Below are positions 56,339 through 64,000 of a stretch of 64,000 bases of DNA, piece by piece. Source of the DNA: an uncultured Planctomycetales bacterium. GTDB taxonomy: Bacteria; Omnitrophota; Gorgyraeia; Gygaellales; Profunditerraquicolaceae. Within the stretch, counting starts at the first letter, position 1, and each line of letters starts with the position of its first letter. Position numbers and translations under genes: made by a program. A model generated the notes under the pieces. The model had not been told where the DNA came from, ran no database searches, and worked only from the letters and a program-made list of their open reading frames with translations. Where the stretch lies: NCBI GenBank assembly GCA_964427405.1, contig CAYRUB010000007.1:25364-89363 (forward strand), given 5' to 3'.

Positions 56339-57046
56339 TTAAAATGACCAGTTAACAAAAACCATGAATTCCAGAGGATCTTTATTGCCATTGTAGTTAG
56401 CAAGGCCAATCTGGAGTCCGTCGAGAGATTTAGTATAATTAACCAGCCCGAGTTGCAATCCGTGCATTTCAGCAGCAGAGTTAACTATGCCTCCCTGAAA
56501 ACCTTTTACTGAGCCTTCGGCATAATTGACTATGCCTAAAGCTGCTCCGCTAAATTCTCCCTTAGCCATATTAACCGCACCAAGTTGCGCGCCAATGAAG
56601 CGGCCGGTTGAGTAATTAAATAACCCGGCTTGGGCGCCATGCACATATCCTTCAGCCCAATTTACCGCGCCAAGCTGCGCTCCGGTTAAATCTCCTTTGG
56701 TAATATCTAAAATACCGCTTTGCAGGCCAACAAAACGGGATCCGACACGATTCACAAAACCAGCTTGCCAGCCGTGAAAAAGACCCTCAACCCAGTTGCC
56801 AAGGCCAAATTCTACGCCCTGAACATCCCCTTTAGCCTCGTTGACCCCAAAAAAAACAAAGCTAAGGCCGGTAACGTTCTGGTTGGCGGCATAAATCAAA
56901 CCAAGGCTAACGCCTTTGATTGATTCAGTTTTCGGGACCAGCTGAACCGGATTAAATAACGCCAACTGCACAGGTTTATCCTCTGCCATAACCATACCCG
57001 CTAAACTTAAAACAAGCAACACACTGAGTATTAATCTTTTACTCAC
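56339..57046 (-). CDS. surface protein with ~15-aa GxQxGxxN repeats (LA_2272-like)
   Basis: Repeated G(L/A/W)Q.G.VN units; ends VNWSF. Confidence 0.8.
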   Translation of the reverse strand: MSKRLILSVLLVLSLAGMVMAEDKPVQLALFNPVQLVPKTESIKGVSLGLIYAANQNVTGLSFVFFGVNEAKGDVQGVEFGLGNWVEGLFHGWQAGFVNRVGSRFVGLQSGILDITKGDLTGAQLGAVNWAEGYVHGAQAGLFNYSTGRFIGAQLGAVNMAKGEFSGAALGIVNYAEGSVKGFQGGIVNSAAEMHGLQLGLVNYTKSLDGLQIGLANYNGNKDPLEFMVFVNWSF

Positions 57047-57125
57047 GGTACCCTCCTCTTTGATATAACACCAATAACTACCAAGCTTACCCTTGCTTAT
57101 CCACCTCCTTCCAAACTAACGTCTT

Positions 57126-57566
57126 CTATTTTCCCGAAGCCTGCATTGTTTCAATAACCCGCTGACTTACGCCCTGTTTCTGTAAATAGCTAATATCATC
57201 CGCGGTTAAAGAATACTTGGAATTTGCAGCTTTAATTTTAGCGATGATTTCATCGCCGGATACTCCTTGCTTAGTCAAATCAACTATCTGCTGCATGGTC
57301 AGCTGCGCCGGCACCTGGGATGAATCATTCTGGGTTGGCTTCTTGATCTGCGCTCCCACTAATGCTCCTGTACCCCCACCGATTACTCCGCCTATTGCGG
57401 CACCCTGAATGGGATGTCCACTCTGAAAACCGATAATTCCACCTGCTATCGCACCAACAGTCCCTCCAATACCAGCCCCTTCGCCTACTCTCGTTTTATT
57501 TGTCGCACAACCACAAACAACTAATGCAAATACTAAAATAGAAAATAAACAAAAATACCGTTTCAT
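57126..57566 (-). CDS. glycine-zipper lipoprotein
   Basis: Lipobox VCGC, GAGIGG..GAIAGGIIG. Confidence 0.8.
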   Translation of the reverse strand: MKRYFCLFSILVFALVVCGCATNKTRVGEGAGIGGTVGAIAGGIIGFQSGHPIQGAAIGGVIGGGTGALVGAQIKKPTQNDSSQVPAQLTMQQIVDLTKQGVSGDEIIAKIKAANSKYSLTADDISYLQKQGVSQRVIETMQASGK

Positions 57567-57859
57567 TTAATACCCCTTTCTTTTATACCTGAGGACTGCT
57601 CAGGCAATGATACTTGATCAGCTACTTTTTTAATCTTCAATGACATGATGCTCCAATTATCAATACTGTAAAAACCATTAAGCATATCAACCCAATAGGC
57701 GCTATCTTTGCCATTTGTTTTTGACAATTCCTTGCCAGCAGATTCCTTTTCCTCATTGGACGCAGCGATCCACCCATAACCATTATCATCGAGAGTTAAA
57801 GCAAAACAAAGACTTGATGAAATTAATATAAAAATAAATAATAAAAATACTTTATTCAT
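57563..57859 (-). CDS. hypothetical secreted protein
   Basis: Signal peptide from MNKV. Confidence 0.6.
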   Translation of the reverse strand: MNKVFLLFIFILISSSLCFALTLDDNGYGWIAASNEEKESAGKELSKTNGKDSAYWVDMLNGFYSIDNWSIMSLKIKKVADQVSLPEQSSGIKERGIK

Positions 57860-57888
57860 TTTTCCCTCATACCGCCAAGAAAATATGC

Positions 57889-58260
57889 TCATCCCCTGAC
57901 ATTCTCCTTAATGCAAGCTATAAGTTCTCTCACAGTTACTGTCTTTGCTAAAAGCGAATACCCCTTGGTAAAACCCGCGCCAACCTCATCTTTTCTTACC
58001 AGGGAAGTCAAAAACACAATAGGGGTATCTTTTATGCTGTCATCGCTCCTTATTAGAGAAACAACGTCTCCGCCGTCTAAGCCCGGCATTATTATATCAA
58101 GCAATATCAAATTCGGTTTTACCTCCTTAATCAACTTAATCCCGTCATCGCCGTTTGTTGCCGTATACACTTCAAACTCATTCGTCTTTTCCACATTTTT
58201 CTTCACCAGGTTACAGAAATTCTCTTCGTCGTCAATGATCAATATCTTCTTTTTATCCAT
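57889..58260 (-). CDS. stand-alone response regulator receiver
   Basis: IIDDE, LLDIIMPGLDG, FLTS. Confidence 0.93.
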   Translation of the reverse strand: MDKKKILIIDDEENFCNLVKKNVEKTNEFEVYTATNGDDGIKLIKEVKPNLILLDIIMPGLDGGDVVSLIRSDDSIKDTPIVFLTSLVRKDEVGAGFTKGYSLLAKTVTVRELIACIKENVRG

Positions 58261-59676
58261 CTATCCCTCCTGTTTAGAGATTCTCAAAGTAACGCTGACC
58301 TTAGTCCCTTTTCCAACCTGGCTGCTTATTTCCATCAGCCCTTTATGTAAATGAATAATATTTTGGCTTACCGATAACCCAAGGCCGGTCCCTTTGCCCG
58401 GGCCTTTTGTAGTAAAGAAAGGATCAAATATCCTTTTCAGGTTTTCTTCGGAAATCCCAGTGCCCGTATCCTCAATTTCCACGATAATAACCTCTTCCGC
58501 TTTCTTGAGGAAACAACGGATGGTAAGTTCCCCGCTTCCGGGCATTGCGTGAGCCGCGTTCACAAACAGGTTAATAAATACCTGCATCAGCTTATTTTTG
58601 TCTACCGGAACCTTTGGCAGGCCTTCCTGAATCTGCCTGGTTACCTTAACATGTTTTAATTCTGTTTTTACCAGGTTCAAACAACTTTCCAGTATAGAAT
58701 TGATGTCTTCGGGGCGCAATTCCAACTTTGTGGCCCTGGAGAAATCCAGAAGCGAAGCAACGATCCCGTCTGCCCTTTGCGCGCTGTCCATAATCATGGT
58801 CAGGGTCTCCAACTGCTCTTTTTCAGCCGGAGGAATTAACTGCTCCAAATAAGAAACCCCCTGTATTATAATCCCCAGCGGGTTCCTCATATCGTGGGCC
58901 ACGCCGCTTGCCAGTTGGCCGATGGCCTTGAGCTTCTCCATCTGAGTCAGTTTATCCTGCATTTCTTTTAATTCATCGTAAGCTATCCTCAATTCCTCCG
59001 CTCTTTTTAAGGCCTGCTCATACAAGCGGACGTTCTGCAGGGTAATCGCGCCTACGCGGGCGATACTCATAACTACCGAGGCTTCCCTCTGCGTGAAAGG
59101 CCCGGGAGACTTCTTGTCGCAAACATGCAACACGCCTAAGACTTCATTTTTATATATGACCGGCACGCTGATAAACGCCTTTTGCAGGTACTCCTCTTTG
59201 TTCAGCTTATTTAAATACGACTCCTTGGACAAATCAGCAACTACCAATGATTCCCGGTTATGTATCACAAGCCCAGATATGCTGTCCTTGCCTATTACCA
59301 AAGGGCTCTGGCTGCGATCGCGGCCCCAGCCCATTGCGCAGGCCAGAGTGAACTGCTCTGAATTCTTGTCCCAGGCAAGAAAAACAGTACGTTCAATGGA
59401 AAGGAAATTATGCGCGGCCTCAGTAATGCAGCGCACTGCATCCTGATAGCCAAAGGCTGAAATCAACTTTTCATTGAATTTAAACAGGAAATCCAGCTCT
59501 GTTTCATACCAGATCTTGTCCTCTAAATACGACGAGTTCTGCTGCGGGATGGGTTCCTGCTGCGGAAATTCTTGAGGCTGAGAAGGTTTTTTCTGACGCA
59601 AAGAAACAGCCAGCATAAAACCAAACAATATACCGATTAAAAGAAATAAGATAATCATAATATTTGATTCATACAC
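58261..59676 (-). CDS. GAF-domain sensor histidine kinase
   Basis: GAF (DKKS..PFT), AHDMRNPL H-box, NA.HAM, DTGTGI, GTGLGL. Confidence 0.95.
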   Translation of the reverse strand: MYESNIMIILFLLIGILFGFMLAVSLRQKKPSQPQEFPQQEPIPQQNSSYLEDKIWYETELDFLFKFNEKLISAFGYQDAVRCITEAAHNFLSIERTVFLAWDKNSEQFTLACAMGWGRDRSQSPLVIGKDSISGLVIHNRESLVVADLSKESYLNKLNKEEYLQKAFISVPVIYKNEVLGVLHVCDKKSPGPFTQREASVVMSIARVGAITLQNVRLYEQALKRAEELRIAYDELKEMQDKLTQMEKLKAIGQLASGVAHDMRNPLGIIIQGVSYLEQLIPPAEKEQLETLTMIMDSAQRADGIVASLLDFSRATKLELRPEDINSILESCLNLVKTELKHVKVTRQIQEGLPKVPVDKNKLMQVFINLFVNAAHAMPGSGELTIRCFLKKAEEVIIVEIEDTGTGISEENLKRIFDPFFTTKGPGKGTGLGLSVSQNIIHLHKGLMEISSQVGKGTKVSVTLRISKQEG

Positions 59677-60539
59677 TATTTTGTGATCTGATTAATGATA
59701 TCTTCTAATTGCTTGTTGAATTCATCCGAGGCCTCAATCATCAGAAAATGCCCTACTCCCCGCATTATCCTTAAATGATATGACTTAAGATACTTGCTGT
59801 TAATCTCTGGATGCTGATACTGCTGCCAAAGGTCGGCGCTTAAGCACCACAATGGCACATTCACATCAGCTAAAAGCGGAATAATCGGAGTATCAAAATA
59901 ATATTCCATGGTATTAATCGCGATTTCCGGGTTAGACCGGGCAACATTCCTGACTACCAACTCAACCAGTTTGGGATCCGCGTTCTTATCGAACATATCC
60001 CTCATAAAAGGCCCGGAATTCTTTACAAAATCCTTTTTTAAAGGTTCGATGTATTTTATTTTATCTTCCGGAGTGGCCATATACTCAAAGTTCTCAAGGG
60101 TGTCAACCGCGACAAGCCCGACTACCTTGTCCTTAAGAATCCGGTTTGCCTCCAATATTATTGTGCCTGACATGGAATGGCCGATAAGGATAGCCTTATC
60201 AACTTTTTCCGCATTCACGACCGCGGCTACGTCCTCGCCAAATGCTTTCTGGGTATAGGCCTTTCTCTGACGGCCGGATGCGCCGTAGCCGGCCAGATCC
60301 AAAACAATCACCTTGTATTTCTTGGCAAAATACGGCACTTGCCTGTACCAGACAGCACGGCTGCCACACCATCCGTGTATAAAGACCAATGCCGGCTCGC
60401 CTTTGCCGAATACGGAATAAACAATCTTTGTTCCGTCTTTTGAAATAGCAGTTTTATTATTTAATCCTACTTGCACATAGATCAAATAAGCTGCTATAAG
60501 AATAACCAAAAATACTATCCCACGGAATATTTTTTTCAT
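59676..60539 (-). CDS. alpha/beta hydrolase
   Basis: FIHGW, GHSMSG, GHFL. Confidence 0.9.
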   Translation of the reverse strand: MKKIFRGIVFLVILIAAYLIYVQVGLNNKTAISKDGTKIVYSVFGKGEPALVFIHGWCGSRAVWYRQVPYFAKKYKVIVLDLAGYGASGRQRKAYTQKAFGEDVAAVVNAEKVDKAILIGHSMSGTIILEANRILKDKVVGLVAVDTLENFEYMATPEDKIKYIEPLKKDFVKNSGPFMRDMFDKNADPKLVELVVRNVARSNPEIAINTMEYYFDTPIIPLLADVNVPLWCLSADLWQQYQHPEINSKYLKSYHLRIMRGVGHFLMIEASDEFNKQLEDIINQITK

Positions 60540-60572
60540 TTTATTTTTTTAAACTCCTCCTCTTTCGGCTGC

Positions 60573-61277
60573 CTAAACCTGATGCTCGCGAAGTAATGCC
60601 AGATTAGTTTGCATCCGGCGCGCCCAAAAACTAAAAGCATCCTGCACATCGCCCCAGCGGGTATATTTATCAGCCAATGATTTAGTGCCTGCCCTCCGGT
60701 CAACCACAGCAGCCAGACGCTGGCCGGTAACGCTATCCAACAATTCCCCTTCTACGCTTACTACTCCCACACCACTATGCGTTCCAAGCATAAAGTGTTT
60801 AGCATAACTAATCCCCAGCCCATAAGGAGTAACAGTAGAAAGTATCTCTTTAACCGGGCTCGTCGCCTTGGCCTCGGTTATAGCGCATCTAACTTTCATC
60901 ACATCCGGCCCGGGCTCATTAACAATAACATAATCTCTCTTAAAGGCATCCGAGAGCGAAACATAAAGATAATCCACGATTAACTGTTGATCCTCTTTAG
61001 ACAAACTATTTAATGCGGATTCGCTGTTTTCAGCGGCCCAAAGCTGCACCGGTTCAAGGATAACTTTCTGGTACTTACTAAAATCCACGTTAATATCCCG
61101 GTAAACATACTCAGCCTGCCCGCCCTTGCCGCGGTGAAATTGCGTATAGTCGCCGAGAAATCCTGACATCTGCGCATTTGGCGCTTGCTCTGTAGTCGCA
61201 CATCCGACGATAATCAATACCATAATACCTAGATTAACTAAACGGGTAATTTGCTTAAGAAATATTTCCATAACCAA
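60573..61277 (-). CDS. DUF3313-like lipoprotein
   Basis: Lipobox IVGC, SGFLGDY, E.ELLDSVTG.RLAAVVDRR. Confidence 0.8.
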   Translation of the reverse strand: MVMEIFLKQITRLVNLGIMVLIIVGCATTEQAPNAQMSGFLGDYTQFHRGKGGQAEYVYRDINVDFSKYQKVILEPVQLWAAENSESALNSLSKEDQQLIVDYLYVSLSDAFKRDYVIVNEPGPDVMKVRCAITEAKATSPVKEILSTVTPYGLGISYAKHFMLGTHSGVGVVSVEGELLDSVTGQRLAAVVDRRAGTKSLADKYTRWGDVQDAFSFWARRMQTNLALLREHQV

Positions 61278-61337
61278 CCTCCTCCTATTTAACCCCTCGC
61301 CGACTTTATTTTCATAAAATAATTATATTCCCGGAAT

Positions 61338-62042
61338 TCACCTAGCATTAAGAAAAGACTTTCTTTTCTTCTCCGGGAATTTCTCTATTGCATAACGCAG
61401 CATTGTCCGCGGTAAAACTTTACAATTCTTACGCAAGAAATTCTCTTCAGCTAATGCATCGCGTTTACCTGCTTCACGCAGCATCCATCCGCAGGCTTTA
61501 TGAATTAAATCTTCTTTATCGCCAAGCAAAAGCTTGCTAATCGCGAAAACATCTTTAAAATCCCCTAACCGGATAAAAGTAAAGGTAGCCAGAATCGCTA
61601 TCCGCCTATCCCAGAGCAAAGGAGATTTGGCCAATTTATAAAGTATTCTCCTGTCTTGATCTATAAGAAATCCACCGATAATCTGGGGAGCGCTTAGATC
61701 AACCAAATCCCAATTATTGATAAATTTTGTGTTTGCCAAATATGCCTTGTATATTTTTTCTTTAGCCCCGGTATCTGCCTTATTAAACTGGCGTACCATA
61801 ATTAAAAGCGCCAAAGCCCTTTCTTCATGAATCTTTGAATGCAAAAGCTTGATTAAATCTGAAAGCGCCAGATCCTGAAACTCTTTTACTATATTTCTGG
61901 TAAGAGCAGCTGTTAAGCCGAGGAAAATATCTCCTTCGGCATATTCGCCTGGCCCGGTTTTAAAGAAACGCTGCAATCCTTTAGCCTTTTCTTTATCCGC
62001 GCCTCGGCGCAGTTGCTTTTCAGCTTCTTCTAATCTACCCAT
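61338..62042 (-). CDS. AlkD-like DNA alkylation repair protein
   Basis: FFKTGPGEY, INNWDLVD, HKACGWMLRE, RTMLRYAIE. Confidence 0.9.
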   Translation of the reverse strand: MGRLEEAEKQLRRGADKEKAKGLQRFFKTGPGEYAEGDIFLGLTAALTRNIVKEFQDLALSDLIKLLHSKIHEERALALLIMVRQFNKADTGAKEKIYKAYLANTKFINNWDLVDLSAPQIIGGFLIDQDRRILYKLAKSPLLWDRRIAILATFTFIRLGDFKDVFAISKLLLGDKEDLIHKACGWMLREAGKRDALAEENFLRKNCKVLPRTMLRYAIEKFPEKKRKSFLNAR

Positions 62043-62069
62043 GTTTTTATTATACCTATAAATAGTAAG

Positions 62070-62097
62070 AACCCAAGCATTTTTAGGGCTTGGGTTC
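62070..62097 (-). terminator. hairpin after the GYD gene
   Basis: AACCCAAGC/GCTTGGGTT. Confidence 0.55.
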
Positions 62098-62129
62098 AAA
62101 CACTTTGTAGTTTTTAGCTAACGTAATCC

Positions 62130-62408
62130 TTAAGCAATAACCTTATCAAATTCCTCCATAGTGATTGCGGGAAAACTGGTAAAGGAGATATTGGTCAGTT
62201 TATTTAACGCAACCGAAACTTTCATTACCTCGGAAATACCTGGAAATTCCGTAATCAACACGATGTCGTATTTGCCCAGAAGCGCGTACATAGAGTTGAC
62301 TTTGCCGCCAGCCTTGGTTATTACATCAAGCGCCTTCGTGGTTCTATCGGCCGAAATGCCACCCAGTGCATCCTTACTATACTTACCGTACATAAAAAAC
62401 TTTGCCAT
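62130..62408 (-). CDS. GYD domain protein
   Basis: AGGKV..MYALLGKYDIV. Confidence 0.85.
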   Translation of the reverse strand: MAKFFMYGKYSKDALGGISADRTTKALDVITKAGGKVNSMYALLGKYDIVLITEFPGISEVMKVSVALNKLTNISFTSFPAITMEEFDKVIA

Positions 62409-62486
62409 TTTGACACCTCCTTGTTTTATTTCTTATTATAATAATCCAAATATAAATGCTAGGTTATCGAAACTCTAGAAAATTTA

Positions 62487-62726
62487 TTATTTAAAAAAGA
62501 GAGTAAGAACTGATACGAAAAGCGCACATGCAGAAATATAAAATGCCCTATTAGCTACTCTATAAGTTCCCTCAAATTCCTTTATACGAATCCATTCTAA
62601 CACTAAAGGCAACCAACTGCCTTTATTCTGGTATTCTCCATTAGCCCATTCAATTCTGACTTTTCTTAAACCTTCCTTTTCTAATCTTCTAATAAACCCA
62701 TCACGCTCTTGAATAGACAATGTCAT
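62487..62726 (-). CDS. small hypothetical protein with C-terminal TM anchor
   Basis: 79-aa ORF, RBS GGGGGT, AT-rich. Confidence 0.55.
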   Translation of the reverse strand: MTLSIQERDGFIRRLEKEGLRKVRIEWANGEYQNKGSWLPLVLEWIRIKEFEGTYRVANRAFYISACALFVSVLTLFFK

Positions 62727-62862
62727 ATACTACCCCCTTTTTTTACCTAAAACGGTCTCCTAAAATACAAAAACTCGACACGTAACGTAATTATATTTAC
62801 ACTAATAATTTCAATTCTTTTAGGTATTAGAGATTCCATTTCGATATCCATATTCCATTCTT

Positions 62863-63346
62863 CTATTTTCTTTCAGCATCAACGATCTTTAATTTATTAT
62901 CGATTCTCATAATATTTGCTTCCCTGATATCTTTAAGCTTGTATTTTTTCCCCACTTTCTTTAAATATTTAAGTTCCTTGGGAGGAACCTTTACCTCTTT
63001 CCCATATTTTTGTAACATAAATAATCCATGCTCCCAGTATATCTTAGCAAAATATCTATTCCGGATGTTTCTTGGCAAGCTTAGGTAGGTCATATAATCC
63101 TTACGAATATGTTTTCTACTTCTACCTATTTTTAGAACCAACCTTCTTCTATCGGAATAAATTACATATACATGCTTAAAAAAAACCTCTTCCAGTTTTA
63201 TAGTATTTAGTCTTAGGGAAAAATATTCTAATGATACTTTCAATCTCCTTAAAAGGCATGGTTTTTCTTTTTCTAGACCTCCTAATAAAATAGATTGCCG
63301 GTCCAATTATTTTCTCTACTAAATCTTTTATTTTCTTATATCTCAT
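62863..63346 (-). pseudogene. protein-kinase-like gene frameshifted at a T8 tract
   Basis: Upstream frame MRYKK...GRGFF* joins KHVYV..LVLKIG..DIREANIM..IVDA if one T is removed at 63178-63185. Confidence 0.65.
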
Positions 63347-63417
63347 AATTCTTATCCTTCTAAATAATTATCTTAAATAACTTTAATATAAATTGCTAAA
63401 AGTGGTTATAAAATAAA

Positions 63418-63449
63418 AAGGGCGGTTTTATTTTTAAAAAACCGCCCCT
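63418..63449 (-). terminator. terminator
   Basis: AGGGCGGTTTT/AAAACCGCCCC stem with T-run on the minus strand. Confidence 0.65.
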
Positions 63450-63591
63450 CGAATTGCGTAAAACGATAATAGCTGTCTTACATAACATGGGTATTCCTAT
63501 CTTTAGAAATCTAATACAGCAACCTTACCATTATCTATTTCTCTCCAACATAGCTTTAATCTCTAAATATATCTTAACTACCTTGCCATTC

Positions 63592-64000
63592 TTATTTTCG
63601 AGTTTCAAAATTCTTCTTTACTTGGTCTATAAGTGCTGGTGCCGTATAGACATATTCTAAAATTGCATTACAAAGCGCACCTAATATAGGAACTTCGTTT
63701 TCCGTTAAATCCCCTAAATCTGCATGAGCCCCTATATTACGCAATTGTCTTAATTGATGAGCCATTTCTGCTAAACGACTAGGGATTTCTCCCTGCCCTG
63801 CTAAATATTTCAATTTCTCTGATAAAGATTTTCCTCGAGCTTTCCTATCTAAACAAACCTTATCTAACACCCGCCCCAGCAAAACAGCAAAAGCATTAGT
63901 ATCAATATTACGAACTTTCAATGCTGCTTCATAGGACCTACTTACACCTTTTGGCAGCCCTATTATTGGTTTTAACTTCATTGGATAAAGTATCTCTGGC
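63592..64000 (-). CDS. DUF4145 (HEPN-like) protein, 5' end outside the window
   Basis: Frame stays open to the window edge (PEILYP); SYEAA, LRNIGAH, LEYVY. Confidence 0.8.
   Translation of the reverse strand, partial: PEILYPMKLKPIIGLPKGVSRSYEAALKVRNIDTNAFAVLLGRVLDKVCLDRKARGKSLSEKLKYLAGQGEIPSRLAEMAHQLRQLRNIGAHADLGDLTENEVPILGALCNAILEYVYTAPALIDQVKKNFETRK

Noticed and set aside
62863-63306. ORF-track start MDRQSILL for the 147-aa ORF
   Set aside because: It is a TTG start without a good RBS; the ATG at 63346 in another frame has an RBS and completes the kinase-like Gly loop.
1-64000. Extreme minus-strand gene bias as a special signal
   Set aside because: Most simply explained by co-orientation with replication.

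Overview
This is a bacterial chromosomal segment in which nearly all genes lie on the minus strand. Gene content and style suggest a PVC-type lineage such as Omnitrophota, which is an inference. 1-16 kb is a housekeeping run: argC (partial), rpsI-rplM, truA, asd, leuBDC, fabF-acpP-fabG-fabD-fabH-plsX, rpmF, yceD, coaD, rsmD, recG. 16-20 kb is a rearranged patch with an OmpA/MotB gene, an internally deleted copy of it, duplicated hairpins, a candidate sRNA and a mini-ORF/terminator leader. 26.8-35.4 kb is the most unusual part. It holds a REP-associated HUH tyrosine transposase (RAYT) with five ~24-bp repeats that also bracket a passenger gene and touch a Pif1-like helicase. An AT-rich island follows, in which orphan genes are separated by three copies of a ~60-bp repeat, ending in a MutH-like endonuclease plus adenine methyltransferase whose upstream motif matches the one upstream of the RAYT. 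The rest is a mix of metabolic and signalling genes (uup, dusB, pgi, DAHP synthase, two cold-shock proteins, PilZ, HD-GYP, a two-component pair), an orphan TIR protein, and a frameshifted kinase-like gene near the right end. No tRNA, rRNA or CRISPR array was recognised. All family calls come from motif recognition by eye, with no database searches.
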